DNA of 63,669 bases, filler included, from Choristocarpus tenellus KU-1152 (lineage: Eukaryota; Protista; Phaeophyceae): NCBI GenBank assembly GCA_964200185.2. It is 9 parts of 9 records of this genome, joined end to end, with 100 filler letters (N's around TTAATTAATTAA, not from the genome) between each part and the next. Parts side by side here need not be neighbours in the genome. Positions count along the whole stretch, not along the records: positions 33,525 to 47,362 come from CAXNAD020001350.1; positions 47,463 to 51,960 come from CAXNAD020014278.1; 7 more parts are not named here. One strand, written 5' to 3'. The notes beneath the pieces were generated by a model. The model was not told the DNA's origin, did not search any database, and saw only the letters and a program-made list of their open reading frames with translations. The translations under genes were made by a program, and so were the position numbers. Below, piece after piece: positions 38,851 through 51,100 of this stretch (its first letter is position 1; each line of letters opens with the position of its first letter).

Positions 38851-40081
38851 CTGGTTACCTCTCGTTTACTTTGACTCAGTATATATATATTTCACCTCTT
38901 TCTAAAAGGACAGTGTTACCTGTTCCGTACCTCTGGCAACCCGATGTACAATGTGTCTAGCAATAACACGAGTAGTTCCATGCAAGTGTAGAACCCCAAT
39001 ATGATGATCAGTTGGGTTCCTTTGTTTTCTGTTGTAGAGAGGTAAGTAAGTGAGCGTTCCTTGCTCTTCAGTTTTGACCATCCTTGACCATTTCCCCCAT
39101 TATTAATGTGAACACACAAAAATACCCGGCCAATGTTCGGTTGATGATCAATTCATCTTTATTGCCAAGCACCCAATATCCCACGATATGCAACACACCC
39201 TGACAACTGCTGCCCTATTTCGAATGTCTTGCTTAACTCACCAACGGTCGTACAATATAAATTACACCACCAGCTATTGATCGGTTGTCAATGGCACATA
39301 AACTAGCCATTGTCAATATATCCGGCAGTGACTCCTGTCTAAATTCAAACCTTGCATCGGCTGTTCAAGAATCCGATGGAAATGTGTAACTTCAATTTTG
39401 CTCTTCAGACTTGTCAGAGGGCAGTGCTAACACCTTCCTGGAGATACAAACTGGTAAAAAAATAAGAAGATAATCTCACAACAAAATCGTGAAATTATTT
39501 TCAAATTAATATTTCCATACCTCATTCAGCTGGTCAAGGTAAGATAGCCTCAGGCGCCCAGAAGCCTTTGTGCCTCACTCTGGTTTTAGCTCAAAATGTT
39601 GCGCATCATGCATATAATTTTGTAGCGGTATTGTCTTGATCTGATTATTTAGTCCTCGCCAATAGCACACGGAGGACAAAGAACTGGTGTTTTCTTCTTC
39701 CCCCGTGCTATATCCTTAGGAAGGCGTAGAGCGCCATCCCCAGGAATAATTCTAGTATCATTTCGCAAGGTAAAATTGAGGTCAAGCCTGTTACTTTAGT
39801 CCACCTTTACTGATAATAGGATGAGAGATCGCACACTATCCACAGTGCAAGCTACACCAAAGTCTCTGTTCAAAGTGATGAGGATGAAACTGGTGCTGCA
39901 GTGCATCTCTACCCTGTCAAACCCCATGCTAGACCACCTCCAAATACGGCCTTGAGCACCGTACCTCGGAGAACTCTCCCAGCAATCAGGGTCTAATTTT
40001 CTATTGGCCTTAAGGAGCCTTATGGGCTCGGGCAACACAACCAACACCTGTCTCACAAAGTCCCTAGTTGCTTCACAGCCT

Positions 40082-40261
40082 AGCTCAAAGTATCTTGGGG
40101 GGGGGGGTGACTGTCCATTTGGAGTCAATTTTTTCATGTCGCGATTTTGGGTGATTGGGTTGGATACGTCAGATGGATAATGTAAGTGCACTTTTCCTGG
40201 ATATAACCCAAACGGACACCCTCGTGCAGACCCCTCCCCCTCCTCACAGATACTTTGGGTC
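40082..40261 (+). mobile_element. MITE family A, full copy
   Basis: AGCTCAAAGTATCTT(G)n...TGTCCATTTGG...GTCGCGATTTTGGGTGA...GGACACCC...AGATACTTTGGGTC. Confidence 0.9.
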
Positions 40262-42141
40262 AGAGGTGCAAGTGCGCGATAGCATGTCTAGTCAAATGGG
40301 CTCTGTTGTTGCAAGTTACCTGATGCAAAGCATTCAGGGTAAGGTCGTAGCGCCGCTCGTGAATATTCCTGTAAAAGCAGGTGTAAACAAGATCTTAGAA
40401 AATTATGAAAGGAACACCCAAATAGAGTTAGGGATTTTATCTACAGTATTATTAGCTGAAAAACAAATAGAGTCCCTTGCACCTTTAACATCCTGCCACA
40501 TATAAGTCAATACAAGAGATACTAGGCACCCCCACAAATCACACAATATCGTTGTACCTCCAATCCCCCTTTGCCCACCCTTGTACCTCCATCTGACCCA
40601 AGTACCTTCAGAACGAGTGTTGAAATGTGATAGTTATGTAACATTAAAAGAAAACAAACACAGCACACTACAATCTTCTGGCACCTGAAGAATGTTTCCC
40701 ATTTGCAAGTATTTTCTAATCCGGATTCATTATTTCACATTCAAAATATTAAATATAGCGGTGTTGCTAATGGTGTGGTTCACATTCTATTACCCAATCC
40801 TCACCTCCTCCATCCCCCGAAGGTCCCTTGGCATAGGAAAGGGAGGAGGGTCAGGTTTGTACTACCCGTGCAACCAAGAATAATTTTGCTCTAACCTTCT
40901 CAAGGATCGCAACCATAACAGAATCCACAACCACAGGCCCACAACAACGGCCACCTGCACCCATACCGAGAAACCAGCAGGACATGTCAAACTCGCCAAG
41001 AGTCTGATCTTCTCACAACCCATCCCTGTACCCTTCCTCTTCACGAGCGATGAAGTGCGCTGGTGAGAGGGAGAGATTGCTTGGCAGCCTCTCAATCGAC
41101 TTCTCAATGCTTTGCTCGTGCCGCAGAAACCAACCAACCTGTCGACACTGGGTCCTTTCCCAGCACAAAGGGTACCCCTACTTGACAACACCCTAACCCG
41201 CCTTTCCTCCTTTGCTCAACAAGGTCTTACTCTCCTGGGCACGAGAATACTTTGTTTCACGGCAATACTACACAAATTCACCTATCGCCTCTTCCTCTCC
41301 ATGATAACCAGTGCTTCAGTGCCCTCCCCTACATTCTCGTTGGGATTTCTAGCTCACCACAAGATTCCATATCTATACAGCGGGGGGATCATTGTTTTCT
41401 TACAGCAGCCCCCCATAAACTAGAAAACTAAGTCACCACAAAGTCCACTCCTTTTCACAACTCTATTCCATCCCATTCAAGCCTAAGCCACACACAGATC
41501 CCTACTCCGAGCACATAGTAAATGAACTACCACAGAACTACAATACAGTCCTCAAATACCGTGCAACGCATAATCCTCTACAAGCTAAGCCCCCTGCGTT
41601 CCTCTGTGCTCGCCAGCACCCAGTCACACATCTATTCACACATTTGAGTAACTAACTGCCACTCATCTACAACTCCATTAGTGACTCAAGTCTCCTCGAA
41701 AATTGACTGCATACAACCTCCGTCCAAGAGGGAGTTCCACATTGGCACAGTGACCATGGTCATCCTCAGAGAAGAAGTAAGATGAGCACAAGGGCAGCAT
41801 CACAAAGCCCAAGCCATTACAAAAGAGCACAACTATACAACAACACATAGTAACACCTCACACACACCTTGTAACTACAATCCAGTAACTACAAACTCTT
41901 CATACTGGAAAAATGACAACTACCACATTGGCAAACCAGACAAAGGAACAAACATCCACCCAATCAATTCATCCACCCTCTACTTCAATGATCTCAACCC
42001 TTCCCACCCCATGCCCATATGATCTCTCAGTATTTGGACTTGCAGTCTCTCAGAGATGGATAACCCATTCCTATGTGGGATATTCGAATCTACCATTGCT
42101 TTCCACTTCTTCATGAGCAGGGGCAGCAATAGTAGGGATTA

Positions 42142-45100
42142 TCAGGGAATAGGTAGGGCGGCATGGAGAGGCCCAAGAGGACCAAATCCTGGGGGGGGGG
42201 GAACAAAAGGGAACACCACACCAGGAGGTAGTGGAGCATTAAGCCCAGGAGAGGATGAGACCACAATGTTCCCAAGAATTGCCGGCAAGGGGTTGAACCC
42301 AGGGGGTGGAAGTATGCGGGGAGGCACAACAGCACCAACCTCTCCCGGAGTGGTGAGGGTGCCCAAGGCAGCAACATCAAATACGGGAGGGGTGTATGCA
42401 AAAGGGACCAGAGAAGGGGAAAGGCCCCGAACCTCCACCAGGAAGGGGGCACAGACATCCATGCGGATGGGGTCAAACCCGGAAGAGGGGTCAAGCCCAG
42501 CTGAGAATGAGACATGCACATTGCCTGGAACCGGCGGCAGAGCGTCAAACCCAGGGGGTGGACGGATGTCGATCCCGGGAGAGGGAGGGATGGCTGCTAG
42601 GCCCAGCCCAAGAGATGGTTGGAGCTCTGGGAGAGCCTTCATACCATCCCCTTCCTCATCCCCAGGTCGAAACTCCAACTCCATCTTGGCCAACAGGTCA
42701 TGGAGACGTTCAGCCAGGCCTAACGCTGTACCTCGTACGACAGGGTTGGTGTCCAGGACCCTGCATAAGATTGTGGCAATCTGTAAGAGGAGGGGAAGGA
42801 AGAGGGAGAGGAGGGATATGTAAATTCTGCAGGACCGGTGAAACGTGACTGAGAAGGAGACTGATACCTATGGACGACTGCAGTACCTAGGTAACAGGCT
42901 ACAGTACTTCAAAGTGTAAGCATTTCCTGATCCTGTTGACAGACAAAACATCGAGTGGTGTTGTGAAGTGTTGCTAGTAGTACCCGTACGTCATTAGAAC
43001 AGTGTGGTCAGAGAATGATGTGCCACGGGCAAAGGCTGACTTGAATACAGAGAGCAGGAGAGAGCAAAATACCTCTTGATTCGGCCCCACACTCCATAAG
43101 TCCATCATGCGTGGACTCAGGACAGTGAGAGATTTCTCCCCACGTTTTGCCCATGCCCTGAGTTTGTCCTGGATGTGCATGCGAGGTGGTTGAGAACAGA
43201 GGTGTGCACAGGATGAATGGGGGGTTAGGGGTTGGGCTGAACTGAACACCTTAAGCCAGCTGGGATGTGGGAAAGGTGACACTAGAGGGGATTTGGGGTC
43301 TCCTGCACTGAATGACCAGTCATGCACTTAGAACGGCGAAAGTCTCCAAGAAATCACTTGCCAGTGGGTCTCTGCACTTCTTGCTCAAGTATCCACAAAT
43401 GCGTTCTTCTAAGCCAGCCAAAATAAGACTGTACCGAGGTCATGGGTACTGAGAAATGCTTGATCATCACAATCCAAGACAAACGCCCGACCCACACCTG
43501 CATCAGCCACACGAGCTGCTGCCCTTGGTAGCCAAAGTCCATGCCCACCTCCCCGAACTCAGGTGTAGGACCAATTAGTGCTGCCTTGCAGGCCACATCG
43601 TACGCTTCTCTCTCCCACGGGAGCATGAAGTCCTGGAGATGGCACAGTGAACAGAGGTTGATGTTTACGACAGCCTATCAAGTAGGGAGCCATTTGCACT
43701 GGGCCAATTGAGAAAGGAGAAGCAGTCCCTTACAGGGACAGAGGTAAGGCATGCAGGCCACCAACACATGTCGGGGAGGATGGGATAGCACTCCTGTACG
43801 AATCCTCTTCTCTAATTTTGTTGAATTGCTGCTGGTTTTTGTGGTGACTGTGGAATGAAGACACTGCAATCGCCAAGTGTAGCACCCCTCGCCAAGGAAA
43901 AGTTGAAAATCCAGGCGCCTACACCCCATTTAGAACAAAGCACGCTACTACAGAAGGGATTGAGACGTAGGTATACGGCTGTGACATTTGGAATCCTTGC
44001 TCAAATCGGATAAACTACACCCAAGGATATAAGCAAAGTGAAGGCTGAGGGCAAGGGGCACCTGGTGGTATGAGCGCAAAATTGGAAATTTTGATGCCAG
44101 CAAATATGTGCAAAAAACAAACAAACTATTTTCTACAAATGCATAGAGGGTATTTTTCAAACATGTGTCAAAAGGTTTCAAGCGATAGAAAAATCAACCC
44201 TCTCAAGTCAAACTTAGCACTCCATTCATAGAAATAAAATATGACTGCAATTGTAGAGGTCGAAAAACTGGCCTATAACGCACAACAACAAAAAACTGGG
44301 TATCTCTCATTTACCCTGGTCCTCATGGTTGTATGTTTCTTCTGCATCTCCCTTTCATTCAGCCAAGTGGAAGTACCAAGGGAAGGGCCCCAAGCGATTA
44401 ATAAAAAGACGCATGTGCTCAAATTCTTGTTGAGGTAGTCACTCACCGGCTGAAAGAATGGATCAAAGTTCTCGGTCAGAATGTGTAGGAGAGAAGCTCC
44501 CAGTGAAAAGACATCTTGCTGGTGTGTAAGTGTTGGGCTGAGATCGCACTCCGGTGCTCTTGTAGTGATAGTGGAACCCCGCATAGGCTCCCCCTCACCT
44601 TGTGTGGAAGGGTAAGGAAGCAAGCCAGAGAGCAGGGGGGTATGTCTTCAAGGAGCTTGAATAGAAAATCCACAGGCCGGCTACAAATTGTGCAGCACGT
44701 GGGGGACGCAAGTGTTACCAATCAGTCCATATTTGGAATCTCATTGGCAAAGGTTCTCGGCTGGGGTATTGTATGCGTTGTTGACACTGCCCTTATCCAC
44801 ACTTGGGGAAAGTGTTGCGAGGTCAACAACTGGTGTGTGAGATGCAACCTGTCTTTTCATCTTTCATCCCTGCCCACATAGGGCTACCAAAAATGATTGC
44901 TGATGGTTGAATCAGGAGGTGCAGTCCCTCCCAACATCAGGTGGGTACAGATGACCATCTGTTATAGGGTGCTAGAAGAGATGGGTGCACTAGTCCTACC
45001 GGGGAAACCTCAAGTGGTGTCATGGAACTTTGAACCAGGCAGAACACAACACAAGCCCCTTGCTCACCGTATGTCAGCCCAAAGTCTATCATCACACCCC

Positions 45101-45612
45101 TCCACCGTCCGCTCTCAACATTTGCCACCATGTTCTTAAGCTTAATGTCCGAGTGAACAAGGTGGTGTCTGTGGAGGTGGGCTATCCCCCTTGCGCAGTC
45201 AACAAAGCACCTGCGTGTAGACCACACAATGCGTGGAGTTGTTGGATTGAGTGGTTGGTTGCCAAATGTAGCAATGAGAGGGGAGGTGATATTTGAGTAC
45301 CATTGCAGTGCGTGCTTTTGTAGGCCTGGCTTCCATGAACCGCATGCCCAAATCCGCTCTCAACCGAGAGCGTCTTTCCTCTGATTCCATAGCAACACTC
45401 TGGGAAACCCACCTCAGGATAAGCCTGATATTGAACCTCTTTGAGTGCAGCATATCGTGGAGGCTCTGCTGCCCAGCCTCCATTGTGAGAGACGGTCGAC
45501 TTCCTGCGTTTGAAAATGTCAAAACCTTCACCACATTTCTGTGGTAGGGCAGCCTGGAAAGAATTTAGACACAAAAGGCCATCGTATGCACTAGGGGTTA
45601 ACACTAGCGAAC
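42142..45612 (-). pseudogene. Decayed Ser/Thr protein kinase gene, apparently two kinase domains plus a Pro-rich tail
   Basis: Domain 1: YAALKEV (~45440), RGIAHLHRHHLVHSDIKLKN...IDFG (~45070-45200), RAPE...DVFSLG (~44500-44560). Domain 2 remnants: MDFGYQG (~43530), DLWSVG (~43090), RVLDTNPVVRGTA (~42730-42760). Multiple frameshifts and stops. Confidence 0.72.
44080..44283 (-). repeat. Dispersed repeat family C, inside the kinase relic
   Basis: Reverse-complement similarity to 38660-38850. Confidence 0.75.
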
Positions 45613-46442
45613 CTGAAAAGGAAAAACGACAAACACTGAAACCTGGGGCCTAAAACTCAGGCCATCTCAACCTCTACAGATCTGTCTTGCATCCAAAGTT
45701 TGTTTCCGGAGCATGAGTGCATTGGCATCACAAATACGTGATTGTGCATCCAAGGGTTGTTTCTCATGCCCGGACCCCTGACAAGCACTGCTCAAGCTGA
45801 TCCCCTTAGCTCAAATGTGTTACTTGTCTGTGCGGAAACAATCGACTGCTAAGGCACTTCAAGTGCAGAAGACGGGGGAACAGAGGGGTACTTACCTAGC
45901 CAGGACCATGATCTCGTTGTAAAGAGTCAGGATGCCATTAATATCCTGAGGGCAGACGGCAGCAAGATTGCAAAAGGCATGGTGTCAAGGACTCACACAC
46001 ACACACACATATATATATATATACATACTCAAAGTATATCTTTATACATAGAATACCGTTACATACATTATGACGGCTGCTTGCGTCATTGATCACATCT
46101 CCATTTTTGGGAAGAGCCATAGCATCAGCGGTGTCCTCATGCCGTCTTTACCAAAACAAGTTATAGTCCTATAAATAATTTGTTTCAAGGGATTAGAACA
46201 AACAACCGGAAAATCCATTGTAGGAATCTCTGCGAAAGAAAACGTTACGATTCTCCTGATTCCTAAAATTATCTTCTACTTTTTTTGTATTTTGAGGGAA
46301 AATGCAGCAGTGAGATATAATGAGAACAAAACAGCCTTCACAACCACGAGGAGGGGATTGAACTGCACTGGGGTGGGGGAGGTCACCCCCTCACTGCAGC
46401 AGTGCCTTGAACCCTGCAACATACCCACAGAAACACTCAACA

Positions 46443-46702
46443 GAGTCCAAGTATCTTAGAGGGTAGAGCAGTGTTCATTCGGGGACCAAAATCCAATGTA
46501 GCGATCTTGATGTAACTTTGGCCATCGTATTTATTAGGAAGTGTCAATAGCCATGTTCTGGACACACCTTTTAATAATGTATATATTTTACCTACTCCAA
46601 AACACTTTGGAGAAGGCAAATGTCATTTTTTAAAAACATGGGAAGCCAAGCCCCAAATGAACAAACAGGGCAAAACTCGTACCCTCTAAAATACTTTCAT
46701 TC
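46443..46702 (+). mobile_element. MITE family B, full copy
   Basis: GAGTCCAAGTATCTTAGAGGGTA ... TACCCTCTAAAATACTTTCATTC; AACA/AACA flanks. Confidence 0.9.
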
Positions 46703-48764
46703 AACAGCACCATTCTAAGCGCCCATTTTGAATAGTAGTGCATTGCCTCCACCCACATTTCCTGGGTGTGCGGCCACTCCTTTCAACAACCATCATCACA
46801 ACCCTCCTGAGACACAAAATATGTCCTAGGCACTTGTGTAAGAAGCTAAAGTTTTGGTTATTTGGCACAGTATGGCATGATGAAAAAAGAAGAAAGGTAT
46901 TGATTTTCAGGGATTCTTCACACCACAACTAGGAACTCAACTCTGGATATTTGAAGTTCTTGGAGCACTTTCAGGAAGAAAAGAAAATAAAGTTGGGAGT
47001 TTCGGAAGTGGTGTTGCTATAAACGAAGAGTTGAATAGATCAAAAGGTCGAGTTTGGAAGGACTCTAAGTGCATTGTTCTTGCATAAAATGAAGAACTAC
47101 AACCGGAGAAGATTGTTTCAAGTTTGTATCCCACAATGGTACTGAAATCTCACCTTTGTTTACATGCAATCAGTTTTGTGTCTATTTGTTCAGATCACGC
47201 AAGATAATTACAGCACCAGATTCCCTCAGAAATTGTACACGAATAGACGTAACTGTGAGTGATCACAGATGTACCCAAACATTTCTCTCTCGTGCAACTT
47301 TACAGTGTGCTGTAACGTTATGTTGATTACGTTACCCCCCTCCCCCCCGACTAGCATACAGGNNNNNNNNNNNNNNNNNNNNNNNNNNNNNNNNNNNNNN
47401 NNNNNNTTAATTAATTAANNNNNNNNNNNNNNNNNNNNNNNNNNNNNNNNNNNNNNNNNNNNCAATTGTATCTGACCGCGCGTCTTATACATAAGGTGTG
47501 TGTCGGAGATCCCAAAAAGGAACCTGTCCCTGACATAATGTTATCTATATATATTTAACATATTTTCCATTTGCTTATATTATTTGGCTCTCCACAGATC
47601 TCAAAATACAACTACTGTTGTGTGATGTAGTACTCTGTAATAGTGTCGAAGCACATCTTGAAGTTACAAATCACCTCAACCCTCTTAACACACACACTCA
47701 GCGATGCACTCATATTCGGTTTTGAATCTAATGTCTAAAATAGTATGTTGGAAAATAATAATGGGAGAAATGGTCATGACGTAGCCACGTACTAAGTGTG
47801 AGAAAAATATTACCTGGTCGGTCATAGATCCAATGTTCTGATATGACCGAGTCCATAGCCGTCACTTCTCAACATGAACAAGGCCAGGACCTGGCCATAC
47901 ACAACCAAGTTGGAACATGACCGAGTCCATGAGCATCGTCCGTTGAACATGGGTACCTTCAGACCATATGATCGACAACAGTGGACATGCCAACTTCGTG
48001 ACCCAGTAAAAAGCCGTATAGATAACATCTATAACCAACCTTCAAAAAATTAAGAAGGATTATTCTGGTTACTTGAACGCACCCACCCCAAATTTTTTCC
48101 ACATTTGATCTTAGTCTGGCATTTTACAGATATTTTTATTATTATGCCCTCTGACATTTTGCAGATGTGTCAGGTTACAGATATCATAAGTAGGGGTGTA
48201 CAATCTCTTGTGCATATCTTCCATACCGCCTTTGAAACCAGATTTTCGTGAAAGGTCTAGGATCGAAGTGGCCTCAATCCACTAAAGCGGATTTCCGACC
48301 AAGTCCTAACAACGCCCTCAATGTAGGTGGTAACCCCAAGTTACTAACGACACCACCTCCACCCTCACTCACTGGCTAGAATTTTTTTTTATTCGTGGGT
48401 TTATTCTCTTTCGTCGTTTCTATATTGTTTTTCTTCTCTTACTCTTCCATATCTAAATGATGTTTTCCTTCAGGTTCTGTTCTTCCTTCTAGTTTCTTTT
48501 TATTTTCTTATTTTTTATTTATTTTTTCTTCTTGACTTTGTTATCCTCTTATTTTCCTTTTCTTTTTCTTCCATTGTTTTTCTATTCTTAATCAAAGGTC
48601 AACTTACCAACACTCACGTCTACTACTACTGCTCATTGCCTTCTTATTGGACCATTTTTCGACCATCGACCATGGATCCTACCTATTATGCCTTAGCTCA
48701 TGTGATCTTTTACATTCAAGGAAGTAGTGTGTTTGGGTACTATTCAAGTAGTAACGTGTTTTGG

Positions 48765-49026
48765 GTATATTCTATACTTTATTATTATGCCCTCTGACGT
48801 TTTGCACATGTGTCAGGGGGAACTCCAATGAAACCTATATAGATACATGTCGTTATTAGCCCCAAAGAAATAAAATATCCTAAAAATAAGAACACTAGTA
48901 TATTCTATATTTTATTATTATGCCCTCTGAAATTTTGCAGATGTGTCAGGGGGGAAACCAATGAAAACTATATATATATGTCGTTGTTAGCCCTAAAGAA
49001 ATAAAATATCCTAAACATAAGAACAC
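48765..49026. repeat. Tandem duplication, ~133-bp unit x2 (partial third copy at ~48131-48175)
   Basis: GTATATTCTATA..TTATTATTATGCCCTCTGA..TGTGTCAGG..AAAGAAATAAAATATCCTAAA..AAGAACAC at 48765 and 48898. Confidence 0.9.
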
Positions 49027-49047
49027 ACTATAAAACACTGTAAGTAG

Positions 49048-49365
49048 TGTGGAAGCCACTAATCTATCAGTTACTTCACCACTATCAAATATTGTACTAC
49101 AACTCTTCCTTTGCTTCCCATCTACCTACTCCTGTGCCCCTGGGGGGGGAGCTAAGGAAGCATCCCAAGAATCCAACAGACCCCTCCGTGCCCATCTCCC
49201 TGGTGACTCTACAAGGTAGTAACGTACACATCGGTATGTTATGGTAAGTTAGTGGGATATTACAGGCGGTATAGTGGGACAATAGCATCAAGTGGACAAT
49301 ACCTTGCGGATAATAAATAATTCAGTGTGTGCTTTACCATGTAATTCAGCTGCTAGCTTCCGGCA
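49048..49365 (+). repeat. 5' LTR of the copia element (~318 bp)
   Basis: TG...CA ends with short inverted termini TGTGGAAGC / GCTTCCGGCA; AATAAA inside; followed by ATGAGCC (possible remnant of a GGTTATG(G/A)GCCC-type PBS); copies elsewhere in the window. Confidence 0.75.
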
Positions 49366-49473
49366 ATGAGCCTCATGTGCGCCAAGCTTCTCAACATGCT
49401 TAAGCGCCTAATACAAACTCTAGCTAGGGGAGGCGCAACCGGACTGTTTTTTGAATTTGGTTTTGCATCACTC

Positions 49474-51018
49474 ATGGCTACTGATGGTTTTCACGCCAAA
49501 CTCCAACTTACGGATAACAACTATGCCGATTGGTTTGCTACAACCCGAGCATTTTTGGGGGTGAAGGAGGACATCGACGAAGCATTGGAGTACAGAGAGG
49601 AACCAATCAGGGTGGGTGATATTGATTTTATCAAGCCGGAAGATGTAGATGAAGATGAGATCACCAAGGCCAAGAAGGCATATGACGTCCTACTGAGGAG
49701 CACCAGTGGAATTTACCGGTGTATAGTTCGCAATGCTGCCTCACCTTCAGGAGCCTGGAAATACTTGCGTGAACACTACCTTATTCAGTCAGATGAGGAA
49801 ATAGCCAGACTTCAAAGGAAAGTAATGACGGTCAAGATGCCAAGGGGGTCAGACCCCCAAATTACCTTCACAATGATGCTGGACTGGGTTGGTCAGATGG
49901 CGACGATGGGGCATGTGATGTCCGAACAGGTTCTTGAAATCGCTATGTTAGACAGTTTGGATGATGACTATCAGATCACCAAACACTATCTTCAGCATCA
50001 TAACAAGAGTGAGCGTTCAAGAACTACGTCACAGCAAGCTGCTCGTTCGCGCTACTTCTCACTCCAACGAGAAGTAGGAGATCGCGGAGAGTCCGGGAGT
50101 GCTCTGGCCGTGAGGACCGTGATAAAGGCTGGCCGAGATGGCAGCCGTGGTACGACTGGTCATCGTATTGACCCTGGGACGACAGGATCCCGTTCCAGGG
50201 GGCTTACCAAGGCCCGAGAGATTTGCGATATGTGTGGATTGGCGAAGCATTTCGGTTCCTGTACATTCAGTGGATCGTGTTACAGCTGCGGGAAGATTGG
50301 CCACCAGCAAGCTGTTTGCCCTCAGAGGAGGGCAAGTCTTCAGAGGAAGGCAAGCCCTCAGAGGAGGGCAGTACCACCAAAGTCAGTGGTAAGTTCATAT
50401 CGCCAGAGGGCGAACCCGTTAGAGTCAGCGGGAGTACTAGCTGGATCAGAGGAACCGGCTAAAACTGGAAGGAAGTTCAAGACCATGTTAGCCACTGCGG
50501 CTGATAATGGCAAGGTGAGATTGAATGCTTTCGAAACGTGGAGTTTTGATTCGGGTGCTTCCAACAGTGTAACAAATGACTCAAAGTACATGTATGACTT
50601 CGCTCCATGTCTACAAGGCCACAACATGACCGTGGCTGACGGAACATCACTACCCACTATGGGGAAAGGCAAGATTGATTTAAATTTCAATGTTGGCCGT
50701 GATGAGTGGGTGCATGTAATTTTGACGTCTGTTGCATATGTCCCGAAAATAGCTTTCAATCTTCTCTCTTCACATTCTGCTGGTAGGGCTAAGGAAGTGA
50801 GTATCAAATGGATTGATGATGACAACGAGGCGGAGGAGAATGAAGACAACAATGATGGTGATGATGATGGGATGAATGAAGCAAAGGACAGCCAATGTGA
50901 AAGAGAACAACGACGACTCAGCATTGGAAATGGTGAAGATAACATACTACCACATCGCACCAGATCAGGCAATACTTCCGCCAAAGCTGCTGTTTTTGAC
51001 ATTTCAATTTTTTTATGA
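49474..51018 (+). CDS. Copia gag-protease ORF (Retrotran_gag_2-like, zinc knuckle, aspartic protease)
   Basis: Within ORF 49366..51018; likely start MATDGFHAKL; motifs as listed for the element. Confidence 0.85.
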   Translation: MATDGFHAKLQLTDNNYADWFATTRAFLGVKEDIDEALEYREEPIRVGDIDFIKPEDVDEDEITKAKKAYDVLLRSTSGIYRCIVRNAASPSGAWKYLREHYLIQSDEEIARLQRKVMTVKMPRGSDPQITFTMMLDWVGQMATMGHVMSEQVLEIAMLDSLDDDYQITKHYLQHHNKSERSRTTSQQAARSRYFSLQREVGDRGESGSALAVRTVIKAGRDGSRGTTGHRIDPGTTGSRSRGLTKAREICDMCGLAKHFGSCTFSGSCYSCGKIGHQQAVCPQRRASLQRKASPQRRAVPPKSVVSSYRQRANPLESAGVLAGSEEPAKTGRKFKTMLATAADNGKVRLNAFETWSFDSGASNSVTNDSKYMYDFAPCLQGHNMTVADGTSLPTMGKGKIDLNFNVGRDEWVHVILTSVAYVPKIAFNLLSSHSAGRAKEVSIKWIDDDNEAEENEDNNDGDDDGMNEAKDSQCEREQRRLSIGNGEDNILPHRTRSGNTSAKAAVFDISIFL

Positions 51019-51100
51019 CTTGTTTGTCTGTTTCCATAGAGACTACTACCCTTGTGATGTGTGCGAGTGATGATTCTATTCGAGTGATGATTCTATTTGA

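Noticed and set aside
42056-42823. 255-aa Gly-rich + strand ORF as a gene
   Set aside because: Antisense shadow of the Pro-rich tail that follows the minus-strand kinase relic.
50358-51002. 214-aa minus-strand ORF (and similar antisense ORFs at 24004-24747, 35515-36484, 37382-38108)
   Set aside because: Antisense to well-supported coding regions; no independent motifs.
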